From Octopus bimaculoides (Eukaryota), in assembly GCF_001194135.2 (NCBI RefSeq), contig NC_068998.1, positions 55,271,331 to 55,335,330 of the forward strand: a stretch of 64,000 nt of DNA, given 5' to 3'. Within the stretch, counting starts at the first letter, position 1. Every line of letters begins with the position of its first letter. Made by a program: the position numbers and the translations under genes. The notes under the pieces were generated by a model, which was not told where the DNA came from, ran no database searches, and worked only from the letters and a program-made list of their open reading frames with translations. This document shows, piece by piece, positions 25,269-64,000 of the stretch.

Positions 25269-25454
25269 TCCTGTCACTAGTAATGCTGTTTCGGCTTTGC
25301 TGAATTTTTAACTGCAGTAGCCATGCTATCGGCACCAAACGGCTGTAGTCAAACCAATGATACTGATGCTGCAGCTACAGTCTACTACAACAATAACAAC
25401 AATAAACAGAAGAATTTCTTCATCCAGATAAATGGTGTAGATAGAGTGAAGGTG

Positions 25455-25600
25455 TTACTTTTTCATTTGTTTCAGTCATTGACTGTGGCCATGCTGGAGC
25501 ACAGCTTTGTAAAGTTAATCAAACAAATTGACCCTAGTACTAATTTTACTGACCTCTTTAGCTAAATCACTGAGATGTGGGGATGTAAAGAAACCAAATC
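25455..25600 (-). mobile_element. SINE family B, 3' fragment
   Basis: TTTGTTTCAGTCATTGACTGTGGCCATGCTGGAGCAC is the reverse complement of the family B 3' end at ~51510-51550 and ~58585-58625. Confidence 0.65.
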
Positions 25601-26601
25601 TCACCTAAATCCCTCAAATCTCACCCCAAAATATTATAAAATGGATAGATTGGAAAGTAATGTCCTTGATACACAATTTAAGTAAGATGGGATGCTCCTG
25701 GCTACCTTGTTTTAAGCATAGATCTGCTCTGTCAGAATTGATCTAGGGCCAGGGCCAACACTGCACAAACAAGGAAGCCCCTGGAACATTAAATTCAAGG
25801 AGACACAATAAAATTAAAAACACAAGGACAAAGCAAGTGAGGAAATATGAAAGATAGGGGACATAGGTAGATGATGAGCAGCCTGTATGGTGTAATGGCC
25901 TGGTCATGAAATATTGCAAATTTGGCTCAGAAACAAATTTCCTCAGTGATAATGTGTGGCCTTAAAACCAGATCTTTTGTTTGGGAAGAACTGAAATGTT
26001 TTGACTGAATTTTCCAATTAGTGTAACAAGGGTGATGGATAACTGGAAGATGTGGGAGAAGGAGATTCTCATTGTAGAACTGAAAGTTGGTGGTGCATAT
26101 TGCAGGACTGGGAAAAGGTGGCCCATATTGTAGGGCTAGCTTGGAACATGGAACCCCCAATGCTGATCCTGCCTAGGGCTAAACAATAAGATATCAACAC
26201 TACATCACACCACTCTACCATAAAGCATGTATATACTATGATACACAAGCAACGGAAAAGCCTCTGCATGGTAGCTCAATCTGCTAGTAGTAGCAGCTGA
26301 GTCTCAATCACTCTACACCCTATTATTTTGAAAAGAGCAAGGACACATTGGAAAATGTATTCCTAGATACATAATATTTGATTGGAATGTTATGGCTGGA
26401 GTGCTTTTGATCATGGTCTTGTATATTTTTGATCAACAACACTAACCTCACCTCACATTTGCATTTTACAGTATGTCAAGCCATGTAGTTTTCTTTCATT
26501 TTTTGTTCTTCAATGCATCAACTTAATTCCCAGTGCTAATTCACAAACTCACACGTAAGCATTAATACACAACAAACTAGTTTATTTACATTACATTTCA
26601 A

Positions 26602-26643
26602 CTAATTTGCATAATACAACAAGGCAGCTAATTTGCATAATAC
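26602..26643. promoter_or_regulatory. Direct repeat of CTAATTTGCATAATAC, each copy containing an octamer (POU) motif
   Basis: Identical 16-mers at 26602-26617 and 26628-26643; ATTTGCAT at 26605 and 26631. Confidence 0.4.
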
Positions 26644-28457
26644 TAACTCTATCTGACACATAAAGTTTAGACCAAGCCTGGATCTCAATAATAATGTTTC
26701 TAATAAAATCAAAATGTTTAATTTATTGTAAAATATTAATAAAATGTGCCCTTAACATTAAATAAATTTGATGGTTATGAAGAAGGACAGATGGGATTCA
26801 CTAGATTAAAGATTAAATTCAAAGATTATCTCTGGGATTAATACAATGAGTCCATTGATTTATAAAACCTATTTTTTTAATTTAAACTCCTTGCAGTAGG
26901 AATGCTTAATTTTATATTTTCCACGACAAGTATTTGTTACAGTGGATGTTTCAGGTGTTATTGTTTAGTTCTGATCAAATAGAATTATGATGAAAGGCAA
27001 CCAGACCATGACCACCATGTATTTTTAATAAATATCTACAACCATATTATCAAATATTTCCTTTTTTATTTTTTAAGACAACAAGATGATTCTTTAGAGA
27101 GATTTGGCTGTTATTTCAAGCAATTTGAGCAATCGCATAGTGTCTGTCTTGGTGTCCTTACAGTTTGTGGAAAACGGGCAACAAAATGCTTATTAGTATA
27201 AAAATCAGGATTGGTGACTTTTTAAAGAACTAAATCCAAAGCAGCTTAGATTTCAGTACATTTCAGACCAAAGCTACTGGTACTTGATTTGGGTGACTAA
27301 TTTTTTTTTTCATTATTTAACTAATTATTATTTAAAAACAATATATTAATATCAATTTTGTCTTCAGGTTTCAGCAGTTGTTCACTTTCTCTTTCAGTCA
27401 GCTGAATACAAACTCTTGTAAGTTAAAAGCTTTACTTCTAACATATAATAAAGTATGTGTACATATCTCTAAACTTACTAATTAACATAATTCCACTAAT
27501 TGCTGCCCATTCATTAACACCAGAGTGATGATCATTATTAGAATTCACAGTAATTAATAATTATAGTCAATACACAACAGTTAATTAATACACTTATCAT
27601 TCATTAAACAATATATGAAGAATTAAGGTCTTAGGAATGGTTTGACCGTGTTTTACTGATGAGGTTTAATAATGTTGAAACATACCTCAAATTGTTACTG
27701 TACTTCCAAAGATGACACTCATTTCTTAACAACTCAATTCAAATAATGTTTTCCACACTCTTCTTACAAAACTGACGCCATGCCTTGTTGAAAGATTTAT
27801 TTAGAATATTGAGAATTTGTTATCAGCCTTAAAAATATTTCATCTCCAAATGGCAGAAGAATTTATCATTCACCAGTTTTTGTAAACAAATTCAGAATAA
27901 GTCCATCCAGAATAAAGTACATTAAAGCAAAAAAGAGCACATTTTTTTTAAAAAAGGAAATGTGTGCTTTGGTATTTCTAGTGCTGTATCCTATTGCAAT
28001 ACATGTTGATTAAAATACAAACATAGCCATTTTTATATATCTGTCCCAGACTTTTGTTAAACAGGCTTACTTTATTCTTAATCATTAAAATAAAACTTGA
28101 AATGTTTAGGATCAGATTTGAAAATCAAAACTTCTCATAAGTAACAAATTTTCAAAATACTCAAGTAAAAATTTCAAAACTCTTTGTCAGACTCGATAAA
28201 TTTAAATTATATGGCATTTAAAGATGTATATGTTTGTGTTGCTATCTCGATTTCTGTTGCTATCTCAGTTTGTGTGTGAAATTTTCTGATATTAGAACCA
28301 TTTCCCTAAAAGGAAGTCTACACTTAATTTTGACACATTTAAACTAATGCAACACCTTACAAGGAGGAAAGAAAAGAGGTTGCTGAAATTCTTCCCATGG
28401 AATGTGGCGTGTNNNNNNNNNNNNNNNNNNNNNNNNNNNNNNNNNNNNNNNNNNNNG

Positions 28458-29392
28458 GTAAAAATAGGAATGTCAACAAGTAAACAGAACAACAGAATGT
28501 TTTTATATCCTTTATGCTTGAACAACAATTGGTAAACTAAATTGAAGGTGAAAATATATATTGTAAGAGAAAATGGCAAACAGTGCTGCAGCTTCAGACA
28601 AAAGAGTGTATCATAAAAACTAAAGCTATCCCCATTAGAAGAGGAATATTCCCAGAAGACTTGTTCTACATGGTACTGACATGCTAAACAGAACTGGATG
28701 TGAATAGAACTGCTACAGAAAACAATCAACCATCTCTTGTATATGGATAATCTAAAACTGTACGTTGCAAATGATAAACAATTAGAAACATTACTACAGA
28801 TAGTGCATGGACTTACTAAAGAAATAAATATGAAATTCAGTTTAGAAAAATGTGCCAAAGTAACCTTGGAAAGAGGAAAACTAGTCAAGAGTAACAATAT
28901 CATACTAGATAAAGCATATGAAATAAGAGAACAATAGCAAAGTGATGATAGTCTAGTATATTCAGATTTACACAAACAAATTCTTCAGATATATTATTGT
29001 CAAAGACCACTAGCAAAAGAAATGATCGAATGCATCAATTATTTCTGAAAACAATTGAGAGACAATTCAAATGTAAAGACTTGCAAAATAGAAACATTTA
29101 GATTGTGAAAAGTGAAAAGAGAAACAATCCCCATAATAACAGGTACCGTGGGAATGGTAAGAAAGAAATGGAGACAAATAGAAATAGAAAACCCTATCTC
29201 ACACACACACACACACAAGCATAAACACACACACACACACAAGCATAAACACACACACACACACACACCATTCAGAACATTGTACTTGTGGATATTTTAC
29301 ATATATAAAGTTCTCCCGATACTTTAAGAGAACAAAACATGACACCCAAGACACATGATGCTGCACTTGGTTATATGATGAAAATACACAAC

Positions 29393-29428
<36 letters not shown>
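28458..29428 (+). mobile_element. R4/Dong-like non-LTR retrotransposon remnant, internally deleted, (AAT)n tail
   Basis: Degenerate RT motifs IRRGIFPED and LYMDNLKLY..MKFSLEKCA; C-terminal TIPIITGTVGMVRK and IQNIVLVDILHIYKVL*; (AAT)n at ~29392-29428. A (CA)-type microsatellite has expanded inside it (~29198-29268). Confidence 0.7.
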
Positions 29429-29429
<1 letters not shown>

Positions 29430-29469
29430 TTATGATGATTATGTTATATCTGACAATAACAGCAACAGT

Positions 29470-29860
29470 AGCAACCCTTTCTACAATAGGCACAAGGCCT
29501 GAAATCTTGAAGAAGGTGGCTAAGTCAATTACATCGACCCCAGTGTGTAACTGGTACTTATTTCTTTGACCCTGAAAGGTATAGTTGACCTCAGCAGAAT
29601 TTGAACACAAAATGTAAAGACAAACAAAATGCCACTAAACATTTTATCCGGTCTGCTAATAATTCTGCCAATAATTATGACGATTCTTTCTACTCCAGGT
29701 ACAGAGCCTGAAATTTGGGAGAAGCAGTTGGGATTTTGGATTGCATCAACACTCGTTCTTAATTCATTCACCCTGAAAGAATGAAAAGCAAAGTCAACCT
29801 TGAAAAGATGGAGAGAACACTGATAAGCATTTTGTCTGGCATACTAATGACTCTCTCAAT
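29470..29860 (-). mobile_element. Two tandem reverse copies of SINE family A between (AAT)n tracts
   Basis: CCTTTCTACAATAGGCACAAGGCCTGAAAT..ATTACATCGACCCCAGT..GAATTTGAAC, followed by a second, more decayed copy from ~29685. Confidence 0.7.
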
Positions 29861-29924
29861 AATAATAATAATAATAATAACAACAACAGCAACAACAACA
29901 TAGGAACGTTAGGAAGTGCAGTGG

Positions 29925-30500
29925 AATCACAGGTTAAGAGAGAAAGTCCTCATTGTATGTGGAAGTTGTACAGGAACAATAAGCACTAAGAGTACATGGG
30001 ACTTAGATTCTCTCAAATGCTCCGGATGCTTCCTTGAGATTATAAATAGTTTCTGTTACCTAGGTAACCAAATTAGCAATGGTGGAGGATGTTCTGAAAG
30101 TATTGTTGCTAGAATAAGAACAGGATGGAGAAAGTTTAAAGAGTTCTTAACTCTGTGAGCAACAAAAAGCCTCTTTCTCAGAGTGAAAGGCAGACTGTAT
30201 GATGCTTGTGTATGAATGGCTATGCTCTGTGGTGAGAGAGATGTAGACACTGAATGTAGACAATGTATAGACTGGAGAGGAATGAAGCTAAGAATCAAAT
30301 GTAGCATGCAAGAGAGAAGACTACATTGATTTGGCCATGTGATGTGTATGAATGAAGACAACTGTATAAAAAAGCAATGATCACTGAAAATGGATGGCAC
30401 CTGTAGAAGAGGGAGATCTAGGAAGCCATGAGATGAAATAGTGAAGACTGATCTCAAGATGCATGGCCTGATGGATGACAATGGACTAAAATGTCTGGCA
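29925..30500 (+). mobile_element. RTE-type LINE ORF fragment (C-terminal RT region), pseudogenised
   Basis: FCYLGNQISNGGGCSESIVARIRTGWRKFKE..L.LRVKGRLYDACV and G..RRGRSRKP*DEIVKTDL-like segments, with stops. Confidence 0.8.
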
Positions 30501-31726
30501 ACACGAGATTCTTGAGAGGACCTGTCTTTCTTGCTGATTCTTCAACAGATTCCTCATGCAAAGAAGCACTCTTTGACATCTGACTTCCACACATCTTTCT
30601 CATGTTCACCATTTTTGTATGGCTTGTCAACTTTATAAAGTTGTCATTGCTTTTATTATCAAAGTAGTTTATTCATTTGTATTTGCTGAAATGTCTGTAG
30701 TTGAATCTGCTGATTTAATTACCATCAAGTTTTTTTTTCCTGTTTCTCTTTTTTTTTAATCTGTGCTTTTGTTTTCAAAACTTTCTTTGGAAAAGGGGGC
30801 ATATCTTCTACTACTTTGTGGTTAGCACCTCTTCCTGCTCTCCCAAAGGAAGCCATAATAAATTTCAAGGAAACAATGTTTACAAAAATAATAAAAAAAT
30901 GTCTGAGGAAAGACCTTGTGTGGAATGTTTGTGGTTAGTTCCGTGAAGTTTGTAGGTTAGGGTTAGGGTCAGTGCTTTAGGAAGTGTAAAATGTTTGGTT
31001 GTGATGTTTTTGTGCCATGTTACCCCTGTTGCTTTTATGTTTCTCATTAAAAATGCTGGAATTTTGTAAAAAGAATTAAATGTAATAATTTGTTGGAAAA
31101 GAATATAAATGTCCAGGAGGGTGAGAGTGAAGAAGAGAGAGAGAGAGAGAGAGNNNNNNNNNNNNNNNNNNNNNNNNNNNNNNNNNNNNNNNNNNNNNNN
31201 NNNNNNNNNNNNNNNNNNNNNNNNNNNNNNNNNNNNNNNNNNNNNNNNNNNNNNNNNNNNNNNNNNNNNNNNNNNNNNNNNNNNNNNNNNNNNACTGAGT
31301 TTAACTGGAAGGATTAGTGGAGGGAGGGAGGGAGGGAGAGAGGTGGGGGAGGGATGAAAAAAACAATTAAAGACACAAAGACAGGTAATGGCTGTTGGTC
31401 TTTCAAGAATTGTTGCTGAAATATTAAAAATTCAGGATGGATTAATCTTACAAAACGTTGTTGTTGTTGTTGTTTAATCAGATCAAGTAGGGACATGATA
31501 TCCTTAATAATAAATAAGATACTCATTAGCTGAAATAATGATTAAAGGAGATTTATTAAAGAGATAAATTACAGAGGCCTGAAATTATGGATTGTCTCGT
31601 GGAAAGTGAGAGAAGAAGGAAACATAGAAAATGAATGTGTGCCGCCAGTTATTTGGTAATAGAAAGAGCATCCAGTTGTTAAAACTATGCCCCAGCCCCT
31701 CACATTAAAATATATATAAACCAAGG

Positions 31727-32050
31727 GGCACAGGCATGGCTGTGTGGTAAGAAGCTTGCTTTCCAACCACATAGTTCCAGGTTCAGTCCTCCAGCATGGT
31801 ACCTTGGGCAAGTGTCTTCTACTATAGCCTTGGGTCAACCAAAGCCTTGTGAGTGGATTTGGTAGAAGTAAAGTAGTTTCTGAGATTATATTTTATAGTT
31901 TATTACACTTGGCATGGTTGTGTGATTAGGTTTGCTTCAAACCCATGGTTTCTGGTTCAATCCTGCTACCTGGTACCTTGAGCAAGTGTCTTTCTGTCAC
32001 AGCCTCAGGTCAACCAATATTTCCAGATTGAAATTTGGGGGATGAAAGCT
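31727..32050 (+). mobile_element. SINE family B: a 5' half copy (31727-31865) plus a second decayed head (~31910-32050)
   Basis: tRNA-like head GGCTGTGTGGTAAGAAGCTTGC..GGTTCAGTCC; CCTTGGGCAAGTGTCTTCTACTATAGCC shared with 51260 and 58286. Confidence 0.75.
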
Positions 32051-33276
32051 GTACAAGTCTATGAGAGGAACTGCTTTGAGCTGATAAAAAATTATCAAAT
32101 GTCCAACACCACTAACACCTCCTGATCCTTTCATGTTTTTAGTGGAATTGATTCTGTTACATGGTGAGAGGATAAGCTCTTTTCTTCATCCCACAAGTCT
32201 CAGTGGCCCTAAAAAGTTATCATGGCTTCTGTCCTTCTTTATTTAATGAAACACTATTAAAAAAAAAGGTGGGGGGTTAACCTATCATCGAAGTAATCGA
32301 ATTTTCTGATGATATTGGAATATTTCAGTAAGCTATATAACTTATTTTTTTTTTTATATTTAAGGAATGATAATAAAAACCAGAAAAAAACCACCACTAT
32401 TTTAATTCTTGTTTTTTAATAACCAAAAGACCATTTCATAGGAATAGTTAACTAATTAAACCCATATATTAATTTTATTTATTAATGCTACAGAGAAATA
32501 AAAGACAATGTTGGTCTTCTGGTGTAATTCTATCCACATTTAGGATGCTTCATAAGAAAATTGACCTGAGTAAATTATTTTATTAACTCCAGAAAGATGA
32601 AAGGCAGAGTCTAACTTTGGCAAAATTTAAACACAGAACGTAAGCAACTTTAACTAAATACTGCAAACATTTGAACACAGAATGTGAAGTCGGAAGAAAT
32701 GCCGCTAAAATATTTTGTCCGGCAGTGTGTATTTCATCATGAAACTAGTTTGTATCGTTAGTTAGGAGACATTTAAAATACAAGTTTCAACTTTATTTTA
32801 AAGGAGGGAAATACACGAGACTAATTTGTAAACTAAACTCAAGTCGGCGATCTATATTTAGATAATCGTACCGAAAGATCGCCCTAGTCGATCGAAAACA
32901 TATGGCTCCATAACTCTTCATCTAAGTTATAAAAAAAAAAGAGACCCATTATTATATTCGGGTGTTCTACAGTTTTGGTTCTGGGCATACAAGCTATTTT
33001 AAATAGTTTCTTTTTCTCCTTGAAAATTTCACCGAATCCGACTGAAAAAGCAACGAAAGCGGTTCTGCTTTTGTTTTGCTCTCTACATTTCGTTGTAAAT
33101 TTTGTATTTCATCAAAAAATGAATACACTATCTTTTGTCTTTTTTGTTAAGTGTACTTAGCAGTAAATCTATTTCCCAACGATTATTCTAAAAAACCCGA
33201 AAAGTTCTGATAATTCTGTCGATTCAATGACGGTTCTGCGGCGTCAAGATGTGTAATGGTGACTTGTTAGAGGTTG

Positions 33277-33347
33277 ACTTCCGGGTGCGCAAACATGACG
33301 TCATAGTATGCGCAATAGCAAAGGGGCGTTAAAAGGGACGCCATATT
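33277..33347 (+). promoter_or_regulatory. Rab11 core promoter motif cluster: ETS, CRE, two TGCGCA, YY1-like
   Basis: ACTTCCGG (33277-33284), TGCGCA (33286-33291), ATGACGTCAT (33295-33304), TGCGCA (33309-33314), CGCCATATT (33339-33347), about 220-280 nt upstream of the ATG in a locally CpG-rich segment. Confidence 0.6.
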
Positions 33348-33561
33348 GATATATCCGTTTAGAGAAAGTAACAAATATCATAGGGCCAAAATAATTGAAA
33401 TAATCCTAGCCATCCGGCGACGTATCAACGAAATATAAATATAGAACGTATCTAGACTCTTTCAAAATTAATTTGTACTTTTTATTTTAATTTTTTGTGA
33501 TTCTGAAGCGTATAAGGAGCCTTTTGTTTACAGCTAGTATCCTTACGGGAAAACGTAGACG

Positions 33562-62522
<28,961 letters not shown>

Positions 62523-64000
62523 GTGAGTTGCTGTATTTTGCTGTAGAAAAACAAGAGATGTGTTACAGTGTTGTTTAAAACATCAAATTATAGGAATTTC
62601 GTGACTGGATTGCTTGTAGCTTATTGTACAAGTATTTGTTCAGTATTTCTGTGTTGCCAACCAAAAAATTTGTGATGTTCGCTACAACTTATTTCATACA
62701 TTGTTTTCCCACTTTTCAGGTAAGTTTAGAATAGTTTGTTGTGCTGCTAGTCATTAGGTAACCACTAATTATACTTCTCCAGTATGGTAAGAAGTTAGAG
62801 GCTTGTTGAATACTGAGATTTAATTTGTCCTCCACTTCAAAGTTTGTCTGTTTGTCTTTGTAAACTCAGTTGGCTTGAAGTAAGTTCCATAACATTCAGC
62901 CTTGTTGCCTCATCTATATTAGCACTTTCATATCTGATCCTTAGTTGTAGCTTCAGAACAGTTTCCTTTGTGGTTTTCAGACTGCTGTTTCTGGTGGGTC
63001 AGGTTAACTTTGTCACTATCCTATGTCTGTATATCACATGCAATTTCAAAATTCAAGATTATTATTGTAAAACTGATTTGAAGATCTCTAACATCATAGA
63101 GGTAGTGGTGGTGGTGGTGGTGTCATTGTCGGCTGGCTGGTTGAAGGGTTGATAATTTGTGTTGCATTTCTAGCACTGTGTTGTGCTTCACATCTGAGAC
63201 ATGTGATTCTCACTGGTTGTAAATTTCTACTATATTAAGATACTGACTCTTGTTGTAAGCTGCCGAAATGCTAGCATTTAGCATCTGGAATTTAAATTGC
63301 AGTTGTGCAATAATCTTAACCCAAGATAGAAGTATATGAATGATGCTGGTGAAGGAAAAACTGGGATGATTTAGTCTGAAGCTGAAACTTATTGAAGGCT
63401 AAAAACCCCCTTAACCTGTTTCAGACACGTTTCCCTGAGTGTAATGGTCATGTTCCAAATAGCAAAAATACCACTGCTGTTGCGTGTCAATCGTTCAAAC
63501 TAAGTCAACATGGAGAGTTGGAACATATTCAACTGGTAATACATGTAGCGTAGCTATTGCAGCCGGCTCTTTAATATCACAAACAAGAAAAATTGTTTTT
63601 GTTGTAAATTTGTGTGTAATATTAAATAACTGCTTTGTAACAAAGGAACATTAGTTTTAATTATATGTTTGCATAATTAACAACCTTAAGTATTTGTTTA
63701 CTTTTTCTTTTAATATTCAGATTAATTGTAATTCTCAAAATCTGGTGAATTTTGTTTCTATCATTTGCCAGGAAGAAGCCATTTTTGTTAGCTAAAATTA
63801 ATGACCCCTAAATTAGTACTGTTGGATTCTGAAATTGGGTCTCAGCCGATATTTTATTGAAATGGAAGTTAAATGTCAATTTTATTTTTTTAAATAAGTT
63901 ATATATATATATAAAATTAGTGACTTTAGTTTAAATTTCAAGAAAAAACAGTTTTGGAAAAGTCAGTTTAAAATACTTTCCTCAGTGATATTTGAGAAAT

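Noticed and set aside
27323-27400. Minus-strand frame LTERESEQLLKPEDKIDINILFLNNN* after a CAG
   Set aside because: Weak pyrimidine tract, no phase-compatible upstream exon identified and no recognisable homology.
30953-30972. Telomere-like GTTAGGGTTAGGG
   Set aside because: Only about two units; too short to call an interstitial telomeric repeat.

Overview
AT-rich, microsatellite-dense eukaryotic genomic DNA with many N gaps (largest: 8270-8930, 9931-10229, 11815-12342, 15052-15444, 23144-23910, 52119-52531). The repeat families and composition look like a cephalopod (Octopus-like) assembly; this is inferred from recalled repeat sequences, not tested. Two spliced protein-coding genes lie on the + strand. 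(1) The 3' part of a coronin-2-like gene: six phase-compatible exons from 2088 to a stop at 22297, encoding a long S/T/P-rich linker and the C-terminal coiled coil. (2) The 5' part of Rab11: a motif-rich promoter near 33.3 kb, ATG at 33562, a 25.8-kb first intron, and coding exons 2-4 at 59374-62522; the 3' exons lie beyond the window. Most other recognisable sequence is mobile-element debris: two tRNA-type SINE families, RTE-type LINE fragments, an R4/Dong-like LINE and a Tc1/mariner remnant. I found no self-contained novel multi-gene system. The best leads are RNA-processing and regulatory. They include a recursive-splice/RS-exon-like site in Rab11 intron 4 and an inverted pair of about 90%-identical RTE 3' ends flanking Rab11 exons 2-3 (dsRNA editing or circRNA candidate). 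Others are a double heat-shock element, a duplicated octamer motif, a 21-nt candidate microexon in the coronin gene and a candidate antisense exon pair in Rab11 intron 1. All are hypotheses from sequence reading alone.
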